A stretch of DNA of 29,237 nt from Clostridiaceae bacterium (GCA_012799825.1 JAAZKK010000050.1:1-29237); one strand, 5' to 3'; shown: positions 18,421 to 27,436, numbered from the stretch's first letter. Notes: a model not told the origin generated them from the sequence alone. Made by a program: numbers and translations.

Positions 18421-18587
18421 GATACTTACCTCCTCATTTTCTTTTACTATGGTGTATCATTGTGTATCCCGCAGGTGTCCTCACTCGACAGAAGTGTGTC
18501 CTGTCTTTTTAGTGGGGAGTTTCACACAAACGGGAAACTTCCAACCGGATTTATCCGCCTCCACAGAACACTGCGCAGCGGGTGCCT

Positions 18588-19811
18588 TTATACCGGAAAA
18601 GCCGGCAGGGCAAGTAGCTCTAAAAAGCTAGTGCCGTTTTCTGGCGAAGCGGCACCGAAGTAAGCGGTGGCGGTTGCCCCTATGTCAGAAAGGGTCTCAC
18701 ACACACCAATGTTCAAGGGTCCACCCTGATGAGAATGGATCATCAAAGGCACCATTTCCCGAGTGTGGTGCGGATGGCCAATGGCGGGATCGTTCCCATG
18801 ATCCGCCATCACCACCAAGATATCGTCACCGCTCAATTCCCCTACAATGTCCGCAATGCCCGCGTCGGCAACCTCGAGTATGCTGGCAAATAACATCGCG
18901 TCCTCCTGGTGGCCACTCAAATCAGTTTCCTGCACATTGACGCAAAAAAAGCCAGATTTCTCTTTTCGTAAAAGCGCTAGGGTCTCCTTTAGAACGGCTC
19001 TTGTGTCCACCATAGATACACTGGTTCCGTAGGCATTGCTCACCACATCTGCCACCTTACCAAGCAGGTACACCGGTACGTCCATCTTCCCTAGAATAGT
19101 AGGCACCTGCACCTCCGCATTCACTCCGTAACCCAAATGTACGCAATGGTAATCGCTTCGGTATACGCCTGAGGCGGGAGCGTTGACTCCGATATAAGCT
19201 CCATATTCTTCTATGGCGGCCAACATGTCCGGTAGATGCACCCCTCGTCCTCCGAAAACGATTACTCGTGAAATGGTGCTAACCTCACGCACAAGCCGCC
19301 CAACCTCCACTGCCCACTCAAATGAAATGTCGTCGAGGGCAACCGTGACATTGAACGCCAAGCCAGGATCACACTCGATATTGTCGGCAATAGTAATACA
19401 CTCCTCTACAATCAGTAGCCGCTCTTGATCGCCCTGATACACACGGGTATTCCATCCGTTTTTGGTTAGAGTATCGTTTATTGTGTCCAGTTTGTTCTTG
19501 ATCGGTTCCATGACAGGTTTTTTTGGCAAGGTGCCCATGATCTCCTGATGGCCGAAGAAGGTATCCGCGCCGTCGTGCATAAGCTTTGCCCTTCCCCACA
19601 CCGCCGTTTTGCTGTACAGGATAGAATTCGTCTCAAATCCGCTGGCATTGGCAAGACCCAACCGCGACAAGGTGGGCAACTCAAGAGAAGGCACCGCTTT
19701 TACTATGTGCGCAAAGGTATTAGCGCCATGGTCTTGCGGACGCACAGAAGACACGTCAGGCATCTCCCCGATGCCAAAACCATCCAAGACAATAACAATG
19801 AATCTTCCCAT
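18588..19811 (-). CDS. yhfW-like: YhfW-like phosphopentomutase-family (alkaline phosphatase superfamily) protein
   Basis: MGRFIVIVLDGFGIGEMPDVSSVRPQDHGANTFAHI...DGADTFFGHQEIMGT...VVMADHGNDPAIGHPHHTREMVPLMI; ATG at 19811. Confidence 0.88.
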   Translation of the reverse strand: MGRFIVIVLDGFGIGEMPDVSSVRPQDHGANTFAHIVKAVPSLELPTLSRLGLANASGFETNSILYSKTAVWGRAKLMHDGADTFFGHQEIMGTLPKKPVMEPIKNKLDTINDTLTKNGWNTRVYQGDQERLLIVEECITIADNIECDPGLAFNVTVALDDISFEWAVEVGRLVREVSTISRVIVFGGRGVHLPDMLAAIEEYGAYIGVNAPASGVYRSDYHCVHLGYGVNAEVQVPTILGKMDVPVYLLGKVADVVSNAYGTSVSMVDTRAVLKETLALLRKEKSGFFCVNVQETDLSGHQEDAMLFASILEVADAGIADIVGELSGDDILVVMADHGNDPAIGHPHHTREMVPLMIHSHQGGPLNIGVCETLSDIGATATAYFGAASPENGTSFLELLALPAFPV

Positions 19812-19875
19812 TTTGCGCCTTTCTGCTTGGGATGGTGTTAACAACTAACTTATATACAGAATTTTGTACTATTTG

Positions 19876-20001
19876 CTATATCATATCACGTGTTTTACCC
19901 TGCGTCAATGCACGATACATATGAATTATTTGTTTATAAATTGTGCATTTTCCATAATTATTCGGAATCATTATTGCTCTTTTCTCTGCGTGATGATATA
20001 G
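19876..20001. promoter_or_regulatory. Candidate operator pair in the divergent yhfW-yhfZ intergenic region
   Basis: CTATATCATATCACG (19876-19890) and its near reverse complement CGTGATGATATAG (19989-20001). Confidence 0.4.
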
Positions 20002-20060
20002 TTCTATTGATATATATATTACTCTGTATATTTAAATTGTTGCATAAGGAGGACATTGTT

Positions 20061-20987
20061 ATGAGTTCGGCCAACACCATGTTCCGACAAAAAGTGGGCA
20101 TCGCTGCACAGCAAATTGCCGCTCAAATCATCCCGCTGGACGTGGGAAACCGGGTTCCGACAGTTTCGGATTGGACCCTGCAGTTAGGCGTTGCGCGAGG
20201 TACGATCCAGACGGCAATCCAATATTTGAGAGATTCTGGTGCTGTCAAACTACAGTTCAGGGGGAAAAAGGGTTCCTATATTGTACAGATGGATCGTATG
20301 AAACTTACTGAAATAGCAGGCTTACACGGTTTGATTGGGGTTATGCCGCTTCCGTATTCTAAAAAATACGAGGGGCTAGCAACGGGAATTTATAATGTAT
20401 TAAACGATGCCGGGCTGAACACCAACCTAGCTTTTATGCGTGGATCCGATAACCGCCTGCGCACACTTATGCAAGAGCGGTGCGATTTTGCGGTGATGTC
20501 AGAGCTAACCGCTGAGTACTACATAAAAATGGGTTATCAGGTTGCGGTAGTGCTGAACCTAGGCAATTTTTCCTATGTGGACAAGCACGTGGTGTTGGTA
20601 AGAAAGGACTTTAAAGGCCATTTCAACGGTTTAAAGGTAGGTGTTGACAACTCCTCCATCGATCAGAAAATGATGACGGCCTCCTTTTTTGAAAGATACA
20701 ACGTAACCTACGTCCCGCTCATTTACAGCGATATCATTGCCAGTCTTCGAAGTAGAAAAATAGACGCCGCTGTATGGAATTTTGACAATATTAATTTCTC
20801 GGAAAACGAACTCTCCTATTTGCCGATCAGCCAGAATGAGTTGCAAATTGCCGACACTCGTGCAGTGATTCTATGTCGCCAGGCTGATACACTGGTGTGT
20901 TCCCTTCTGGGAAAAAACGTAAACGCCCAAAGCATCTTAGAATATCAGCGCGACGTTCTCGTAGGCAGAATGACTCCGCGCTACTGA
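20061..20987 (+). CDS. yhfZ-like: YhfZ-like GntR-type transcriptional regulator, divergent from the operon
   Basis: MSSANTMFRQKVGIAAQQIAAQIIPLDVGNRVPTVSDWTLQLGVARGTIQTAIQYLRDSGAVKLQFRGKKGSYI winged-HTH, then a periplasmic-binding-like domain; RBS AAGGAGG; ATG 20061 rather than tracked start 19890. Confidence 0.8.
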   Translation: MSSANTMFRQKVGIAAQQIAAQIIPLDVGNRVPTVSDWTLQLGVARGTIQTAIQYLRDSGAVKLQFRGKKGSYIVQMDRMKLTEIAGLHGLIGVMPLPYSKKYEGLATGIYNVLNDAGLNTNLAFMRGSDNRLRTLMQERCDFAVMSELTAEYYIKMGYQVAVVLNLGNFSYVDKHVVLVRKDFKGHFNGLKVGVDNSSIDQKMMTASFFERYNVTYVPLIYSDIIASLRSRKIDAAVWNFDNINFSENELSYLPISQNELQIADTRAVILCRQADTLVCSLLGKNVNAQSILEYQRDVLVGRMTPRY

Positions 20988-21119
20988 GACGAGGCCGGTG
21001 TAAAAAACTGTACTTGTGCTAAGAGTGACATCTTATCCGCAATTTGAAACATCTTCGGGTACAAAGAAATAGACCGAATTGTATGACTGTGATCTAGTTT
21101 TGAAAAAGAAAAGAGCCGT

Positions 21120-21559
21120 CTCAAAAAGTGAAGCAGTCATTAGTCTGTCTATACCGGATAATCGCTGGGTCAAGTTGACGAACCTTATTTCTCGGCCCTT
21201 TGTAGAAATGAAGTACCGGAAGAATTTTCGCGGTAATCGTGGATAGCAAGCTCATTGCGCATCACAGACATCCATCTTGCGGCCAGGCACGGCTTTAATA
21301 TATTGTGTATTCACAAGCATGGCGCGCACGTTCATCACTTCCAAGATGTTGTAGATGGGCTTCTAATATGAACCCGTACTCTCCATTGCCACCATCTGAA
21401 TCTTTCGTTTCAATAACCATTCGCAAAGCACAATCAGATCTCCGGTCATCGTCCCAAATGTCCATATCTCTTGTCGATTCTTCTCGTCTAAACAGCAGGA
21501 AACGATCTTTGCTTAGCGAATATCCATCCCACAACAACGCTCATATACAACTTTCATAG
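21120..21559 (-). pseudogene. Degenerate IS110-family transposase remnant
   Basis: One minus-strand frame reads CCGMDIR*AKIVSCCLDEKNRQEIWTFGTMTGDLIVLCEWLLKRKIQMVAMESTGSY*KPIYNILEVMNVRAMLVNTQYIKAVPGRKMDVCDAQ*ACYPRLPRKFFRYFISTKGREIRFVNLTQR: IS110 motifs (VAMESTGxYWKP, LVNxxxIKAVPGRKxDVxDAxW) interrupted by stops. Confidence 0.85.
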
Positions 21560-22228
21560 AATCCTCCCATAGAGCGCGGCATCTCATATCCCTTGATCTA
21601 TTACGCGTGCTCGGCTAGGCCGGCAACAATGTGTGGTGCAAATAAGATGCCAAACCAGACTACATAACAGGCTTGGAGCACTATTGTGACCTCGATCTTT
21701 GTCTGCTAAGAAAATTCTACGCTAAAATCGCCGCAACAACCCGGTTATGTAGCGCATGGCGAGGAATAGGACACGACGCCTCATGGAGGACTACATGTTG
21801 TCTTTGCTATCTGTCCAATGTATCAGTGTTTTAATTCTTTCTCTGTTATTAACGCCTCAAAGTCCTTCTAAGAGCCTTCTTTTCCGATTTAGGTCAATGT
21901 CGCTGAAATAAATTCTACTTTTCCAAAATTGGTCATGATCCCAGGATAACCTCCGCATAATCGTCAAAACCATGGTATCATTCGTGTATTCCACACCGTT
22001 ATAAAAGACTCTAATCATATTGTCGGGGAAGAATTTTCATGGCAAGAATAGAGCGTAAGAATCGCATCTTCCCCACTCCGCTTTCAAGATCATCTTTTGT
22101 TAATTTTAGGAGCCTATTTCTTTACTGAATAGCTGCTTAATAGGGTAGGTAAGCGTAAAATGCAAACCACTGTTAACAATTCTGGATAAATATAAATTAG
22201 AAGAAAAATAGGATGAGAATCGTGGGTT

Positions 22229-22879
22229 TCAAACAACTGCTTCGTCAAAAACACCGTCTGATACGAGACGTGATCGATCACACCGTGTCAAAGTGTCTTG
22301 GAGTACCAATGTGTCGTGCTCGCGCGCAATCTTTTCATAAAAATCAGACGCTTCCAGTGACAGAATACAGCCGCAGTATTTTTGGCGATAGAGCCCTATT
22401 TCTTTTGCCATCTGCTGGCCGCGACGGTAACCGTTACGCCAATCGCATGGAACAAACTCGATCGAGTACGGCTCACATGCGCGCCTGCCTTCCTCAATCA
22501 AAACATCGCGATTTTGCCACGGACTGACGAGTAACGTCGTGCTGACGTATTTGATGCCTAGTCTGTGCGCTACTTTTGCCAGGTGCTCAAGACGAACACG
22601 ATAACAAAAACGGCACCGCCCAGCACCGTCATTTGCGCGTTCTCGCCAAGCACTCGGCACACAAAGTGGATTGACGATCAACGGAATTTCGTAATATGCA
22701 GCCGCCTTGCTGGCGTTTTCCATACGGCGGCGCCATTCCATATTTGGATGAATATTGGGGTTAAAGAATAGCAATGTTACGTCGACGCCGGCATGGAGAA
22801 GCGTGTCGAGCGGCCACATTGAGCACGGACCGCAACATTGATGAAGCAGCCATTTCTGACCTTTATACTCCTCGTTCAT
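22229..22879 (-). CDS. queH: Epoxyqueuosine reductase QueH (DUF208)
   Basis: LLHQCCGPCSMW, FFNPNIHP, GRCRFCYRVRLEHLAKVA, TTLLVSPWQN, YRQKYCGCILS. Confidence 0.93.
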   Translation of the reverse strand: MNEEYKGQKWLLHQCCGPCSMWPLDTLLHAGVDVTLLFFNPNIHPNMEWRRRMENASKAAAYYEIPLIVNPLCVPSAWRERANDGAGRCRFCYRVRLEHLAKVAHRLGIKYVSTTLLVSPWQNRDVLIEEGRRACEPYSIEFVPCDWRNGYRRGQQMAKEIGLYRQKYCGCILSLEASDFYEKIAREHDTLVLQDTLTRCDRSRLVSDGVFDEAVV

Positions 22880-22885
22880 ATGAAC

Positions 22886-23150
22886 CCCTGTCCATCGTAT
22901 AGATCATTGATTGTGATTTGCGCGTCTGGCAAAACACAGGAATCGTCTCGTATTGTGAACGGCTACATAGCAAGCTCGTTATTTTGGCCTTTGCACACCC
23001 CGGAGAACTGTCGCGTCTTATGAACGGCCACACAGCAAACTCGTTTTTGGCTACTGCACTCCGCGTTCACATGTCACCCTGACCATCTATTAGATCGTTG
23101 AGCGTGATTTGCGCATCAGAAACTCCGCGGGAATTGTCGCGTGTCTTGTA
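22886..23150. repeat. Degenerate duplication of the ruvB 3' end between ruvB and queH
   Basis: CCTGTCCATCGTATAGATCATTGATTGTGATTTGCGCGTC (from 22887) versus CCTGACCATCTATTAGATCGTTGAGCGTGATTTGCGCATC (from 23078); trailing unit ATCGTCTCGTATTGTGAACGGCTACATAGCAAGCTCG repeated as ACTGTCGCGTCTTATGAACGGCCACACAGCAAACTCG. Confidence 0.8.
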
Positions 23151-24185
23151 AGGCAACCCGAGATGCTCATACCCTCCCCTTGTCAAAATACGTCCGCGCG
23201 GCGTCTTCGCGATAAAGCCAATTTGCATTAGGTATGGCTCGTAAATATCTTCGATCGTCACCGAATCTTCTCCGGTCGAAGCTGCCAAAGTATCTAAGCC
23301 AACGGGGCCGCCGTCGTAAATTTCCGCAATGATGCGCATGATCAGCCGGTCATTGCCGTCGAGCCCGATTTCATCAATGTCAAGAGCCTTCAAACCAATA
23401 TCACATATTTCGCGATTGATGACGTTGTCGCCGATGATTTGCGCGTAATCACGCATGCGACGCAAAAGCCTTATAGCGACACGCGGCGTACCGCGGCAGC
23501 GAGTTGAAAGCACCTCTAGGCCATCGGCATCTATGCCGACGCCGAGCAAGCCGGCATATCTTGTCAAAATCAACGCAATGTCAGCAGGTTTATAGAGATC
23601 GAGACGCTGAATCAGTCCGAATCGGTCACGCAGCGGTGATGTCAGAAGACCGGCGCGTGTCGTCGCGCCAATCAGCGTAAAATGCGGCAAATCCAGTCGG
23701 ATTGAACGCGCAGAAGGACCTTTTCCGATCATAATATCCAGCGCGTAATCTTCCATAGCCGGATAAAGAATCTCTTCGACTTGGCGGTTTAAGCGATGTA
23801 TTTCATCGATGAACAGCACATCGTGCTCATTGAGATTGGTGAGAATAGCGGCAAGATCGCCTTGGCGCTCAATCGCAGGCCCGGACGTAATGCGCATCTC
23901 CGCCCCCATCTCATGCGCGATGATGCCGGCTAGCGTCGTTTTTCCCAGACCGGGCGGACCATAAAGGAGAACGTGATCGAGCGCTTCCCCACGTGCTATC
24001 GCCGCGTCGATCGCAATTTTCAAGTTCGCTTTAACCTTGTCTTGGCCGAAGTAGTCATTCCAACGAACCGGTCGAAATTGGATTTCTTCTTTGTCTTCAC
24101 GGAGCGCCTTGCGGGAAAGAACTCGTTCTTCCGCCTGTTCACTCTCATCGTCATATTCAAATGGTTCTCTGTGAAAAAAATCCAT
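23067..24185 (-). CDS. ruvB: Holliday junction branch migration helicase RuvB
   Basis: [70 protein letters not shown]. Confidence 0.98.
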   Translation of the reverse strand: MDFFHREPFEYDDESEQAEERVLSRKALREDKEEIQFRPVRWNDYFGQDKVKANLKIAIDAAIARGEALDHVLLYGPPGLGKTTLAGIIAHEMGAEMRITSGPAIERQGDLAAILTNLNEHDVLFIDEIHRLNRQVEEILYPAMEDYALDIMIGKGPSARSIRLDLPHFTLIGATTRAGLLTSPLRDRFGLIQRLDLYKPADIALILTRYAGLLGVGIDADGLEVLSTRCRGTPRVAIRLLRRMRDYAQIIGDNVINREICDIGLKALDIDEIGLDGNDRLIMRIIAEIYDGGPVGLDTLAASTGEDSVTIEDIYEPYLMQIGFIAKTPRGRILTRGGYEHLGLPYKTRDNSRGVSDAQITLNDLIDGQGDM

Positions 24186-24275
24186 ACCTACCTCGCCGTC
24201 GTTGAGCTTCTTTCACCAAAGCGCATTATCTGCCTATGTCATCTTATCAGATCCTGTCTTTGTGAGGTTACAGGA

Positions 24276-24887
24276 TTAGACGATCGCAAGGTGTTTGAGC
24301 GCGCGTTTCAGCAGCGTTTCGACGGTGTCGCCTGGCTCAGGATTGGCGCGTCGTATCGCTTCGTCGGCTTCTGCTCGGCTATAGCCTAAGACCGCCAAGG
24401 CGACCCCTGCTTCTTCGATAATCCCGCTGCTGGGTGAAAGCGTCGGTGTCGCAGACAAATCCTCGCGCGTAATGGGGACACCGGATTTTTTCAGTTTGTC
24501 CTTTAACTCAAGGATCATGCGCGCGGCACTTTTTTTGCCGACACCACGAATGGCGGTGAGCCGCTGTACATCTTCTTGTAAAATAGCAAGCGCAAACTCG
24601 CCTGGCGACACGGCGTCAACAATCTGAAGCGCCAATTTCGGACCGATCCCGCTCACTGTCTGGACGAGTTCAAAGAGTTTCTTTTCTTCCTCTGCTTGAA
24701 AACCAAAGAGGGCAAGCTCATTTTCACGGACGTGCAAGAACGTGTAAACAGTGCATTCTTCGCCGGAAGGCGGAAGCGATGCAACCATACGTGCAGGCAT
24801 CTCAATTAGAAAGCCGATGCCGCTCTGCTCCAGAACAATTTGTTGCGTTCCCTTGCGGACAATACGCCCTTTTATGCTTGCGATCAT
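24276..24887 (-). CDS. ruvA: Holliday junction branch migration protein RuvA
   Basis: MIASIKGRIVRKGTQQIVLEQSGIGFLIEMP...VSGIGPKLALQIV...AIRGVGKKSAARMILELKDKL; ATG 24887 with GAGGTG upstream. Confidence 0.97.
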   Translation of the reverse strand: MIASIKGRIVRKGTQQIVLEQSGIGFLIEMPARMVASLPPSGEECTVYTFLHVRENELALFGFQAEEEKKLFELVQTVSGIGPKLALQIVDAVSPGEFALAILQEDVQRLTAIRGVGKKSAARMILELKDKLKKSGVPITREDLSATPTLSPSSGIIEEAGVALAVLGYSRAEADEAIRRANPEPGDTVETLLKRALKHLAIV

Positions 24888-24960
24888 ACCAATGCACCTC
24901 TTTTCGTCTCGTCTATAGGCGAGCACCCTCGCCCATTCGTAATTTACCCATCTGTAGTTT

Positions 24961-25200
24961 AGCGCATCCGTCTATCCATAGGCTAGCACCACCATATGCC
25001 AGCGGGCTAGCACCACCATATGCCAGCGGGCTGGAACCACCACATGCCTGCGGACTAACACCACAACATGCCAACGAGCTAACACCTCCACATGCCGACG
25101 GGATAGCACAGTCACTCTTCAGTGGGTTAAGCGCGAACGCCGTTCGTTAGACTAAACACGGATACCCATCATTAAGTTAAGCACGAACACACCTCATTAG
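24961..25200. repeat. 24-26-bp degenerate tandem repeat array between ruvC and ruvA, about 10 units
   Basis: Two identical units GCTAGCACCACCATATGCCAGCGG at 24981-25004 and 25005-25028, then GCTGGAACCACCACATGCCTGCGG, ACTAACACCACAACATGCCAACGA, GCTAACACCTCCACATGCCGACGG and increasingly diverged units towards ruvC. Confidence 0.9.
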
Positions 25201-25223
25201 GTCAAAGCGAAAGCCCAACTGTG

Positions 25224-25760
25224 TCAGCGCCCTCGCCGCTTCGGCGGCCCCTTCTGGTATCCGCCGACGGCGCGGGTTGAATCGAGATCACCCGTATGCG
25301 CGTGGCAAATCGCGACAGCCAAGGCGTCCGCGGCATCATCGGGTTTGGGAACATCTTTCAAATTAAGCAAAATGCGCACCATTTCCTGAACCTGCGCTTT
25401 TTCTGCGTGACCGTAACCGGTAACGGCTACTTTGACTTGCATCGGCGTGTATTCATGAACGGGCAGGTTCTCCCTCGCAGCCGCGACGACGGCCACACCG
25501 CGAGCTTGAGCCGTACCCATGGCCGTTGTCGTATTGCGATAGAAAAACAATTCTTCGACGGCGACGCAGTCAGGCCGATACAATTGAATTAGGGAATCGA
25601 TGCCTTGATCAATGGCCAAAAGTCGTTCAGGAAAGGGCATGCCCGCCGACGTCTCGATCGTTCCGAAATCAAGCGTATTAAAACGCCGACCGTCATGTTC
25701 GACCACGCCGAACCCTGTAATCGCATAACCGGGATCGATACCCAGAATGATCACGTTCAA
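25224..25760 (-). CDS. ruvC: Holliday junction resolvase RuvC
   Basis: IILGIDPGYAITGFGVVEHDG, VAVEELFFYRNTTTAMGTAQARGV, YTPMQVKVAVTGYGHAEKAQVQ, DAADALAVAICHAH. Confidence 0.97.
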   Translation of the reverse strand: MNVIILGIDPGYAITGFGVVEHDGRRFNTLDFGTIETSAGMPFPERLLAIDQGIDSLIQLYRPDCVAVEELFFYRNTTTAMGTAQARGVAVVAAARENLPVHEYTPMQVKVAVTGYGHAEKAQVQEMVRILLNLKDVPKPDDAADALAVAICHAHTGDLDSTRAVGGYQKGPPKRRGR

Positions 25761-25821
25761 CCACCTTTCACGCGCGTTCTGTAAAACCTATTATAAATGG
25801 GAATTTGTCCGTTTTTGCCCG

Positions 25822-26835
25822 TCAGCTTTCCATGAAAGTGTGTAGCGCATTGATGTTCTTCACCCAATCAATATCATACATCTCGAGATCGTAAATGTAT
25901 TTCATCGCTTCATACGTTTCGAGAGGAAGCGACAACTGATCGAATGAATAGCCCTTATACTGCGGCGCTTTGAGGATGAACTGCATCATCTCCTGATCGG
26001 TGAGATTCGTCTTCACGCAGGGCATCAGCGCTTTGACCGAATCGTTAAGACGCGTAAGGTCGCTGCTCTTCATCTTATCAAAAAGCGCTAAAATCACCTT
26101 CCGCTGACGTCCCATGCGATTGAAATCGGAGTCGATTTTTCGAATGCGCGCATACGCAAGCGCTTGCTTACCGTTTAATAGCGCCTTTCCCACCTTAAAG
26201 TCCGCTTGTCCGGCCTCCTTATGCGAATTCAGGATCTTAGCTTCGGCTTCCGTAAGGACAATATCGACACCGCCCACCCGATCGATCGCCGTCTGAAATC
26301 CGCCAAAATCGGTTTGCATGTAACGCGTGACGTGCACTCGAAAGTTGCGCTGAACGGTCTTCAAGAGCAGCCTCGGGCCTCCCCACGTATGCGCTGCATT
26401 CAGCATGAAAAGCGGCACGTAAAAGTCGCGGAAAGCCGGATCGGGGTCGTTAGGGATGCTCACGTAAATCCCTCTCATCAGTGATGACAGATGAAGCGAC
26501 TTTGTTTTGTCGTTGATGGTGAGCAGCATGATCGCATCGGCACGTCCGTGACTTTCCGGATCACGAGTGTCGGTACCTATGATGAGTATATTCGTCAGCC
26601 CTTTGTCATCGACTAAGGGGACCTGCATCCCGTGACGCATATGATCAGGGACATCAAGCTGTTCAAGACCTGTTTCGATCGGAATCGGATCGTCGATCGG
26701 CTCGTAATCTCGAAGCCCGACGATCGAACGAAGGTACACGTACCCTAAAAGAACGACAGCAAGAAGCAAGCCGAGGACCACACCAAAAGCGATCAACGGC
26801 CAGCGTCTACGTTTCGAAGAATGTCGGGCAACCAT
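25822..26835 (-). CDS. LytR-CpsA-Psr (LCP) family protein
   Basis: N-terminal TM segment; TNILIIGTDTRDPESHGRADAIMLLTIN, SLMRGIYVSIP, GKALLNGKQALAYARIRKIDSDFNRMGRQRKV. Confidence 0.95.
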   Translation of the reverse strand: MVARHSSKRRRWPLIAFGVVLGLLLAVVLLGYVYLRSIVGLRDYEPIDDPIPIETGLEQLDVPDHMRHGMQVPLVDDKGLTNILIIGTDTRDPESHGRADAIMLLTINDKTKSLHLSSLMRGIYVSIPNDPDPAFRDFYVPLFMLNAAHTWGGPRLLLKTVQRNFRVHVTRYMQTDFGGFQTAIDRVGGVDIVLTEAEAKILNSHKEAGQADFKVGKALLNGKQALAYARIRKIDSDFNRMGRQRKVILALFDKMKSSDLTRLNDSVKALMPCVKTNLTDQEMMQFILKAPQYKGYSFDQLSLPLETYEAMKYIYDLEMYDIDWVKNINALHTFMES

Positions 26836-26905
26836 GATTTGGTACCAAAAAAAGATGCTCGCAGGATACCCGCGGCCGCATCTTTAGCACATCTTGATTG
26901 TGCGT

Positions 26906-27166
26906 TTAGTCCGAGAGTTGCTGAGTGCGGGCAATCCGAGCCTTGCGGCGTGCAGCCGTATTCTTGGAAATGATGTTGTCCGTCACCGCACGGTCAAGAG
27001 CCGCTTGCGCTTCGCGCGCCAGCTTTTCGGCGTCGTCTTGGCCTTGCTCCTTAGCAAAAATGGCTTTCCTGACAAGTGTATTCATTTCCGATCTACGGTT
27101 TTTGTTTGCCACTCTCTTCGCTTCCGACGAGCGGACACGTTTTATTGAAGATTTAATATTTGCCAC
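26906..27166 (-). CDS. rpsT: 30S ribosomal protein S20
   Basis: (M)ANIKSSIKRVRSSEAKRVANKNRRSEMNTLVRKAI...NIISKNTAARRKARI; GTG start at 27166 with GGGAGG upstream. Confidence 0.95.
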   Translation of the reverse strand: MANIKSSIKRVRSSEAKRVANKNRRSEMNTLVRKAIFAKEQGQDDAEKLAREAQAALDRAVTDNIISKNTAARRKARIARTQQLSD

Positions 27167-27377
27167 GTTTGTTACCTCCCAGTTGTAACTTACAAGCACG
27201 CCGTATTCTATCACGACGCCTGATCTCGCGCAAGTTTTAGCGATAGTGCCATGAGCCAAGAAGAACGCAAAGAAGAACGCAAGAAAGACGTTTGGTTTTT
27301 GTATATTTTCATTTTTACTTTATTCGTCTTTGTCTTGCTTCTTAGTAAGTTCTGCGTTCTATAATGTAATAAAATCA

Positions 27378-27407
27378 TTGACAAGAATAAAGCATTAAGG
27401 ATAATAC
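27378..27407 (+). promoter_or_regulatory. Probable sigma-A promoter for the Ldh-family gene
   Basis: TTGACA (27378-27383), 18-bp spacer, TAATAC (27402-27407), about 30 bp before the RBS/TTG start. Confidence 0.7.
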
Positions 27408-27436
27408 TATTGTGATACAAGAGAGGAGGTTCACAC

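Noticed and set aside
10139-20987. Phage-defence island interpretation of the kinase + regulator + unusual enzymes
   Set aside because: All neighbouring genes are metabolic (permease, HyuAB, racemase-, transferase- and mutase-like) and match a yhf-type cluster; no nuclease, toxin or sensing module typical of defence systems is visible.
21295-21559. Tracked ORFs 21295-21537 (-) and 21305-21559 (+) as independent genes
   Set aside because: Wrong reading frames of the IS110-family transposase remnant.
24961-25200. Possible CRISPR array (24-bp repeats) or plus-strand coding gene 24779-25150
   Set aside because: No spacers; the ORF overlaps ruvA antisense at its 5' end and is low-complexity generated by the 3n repeat period.
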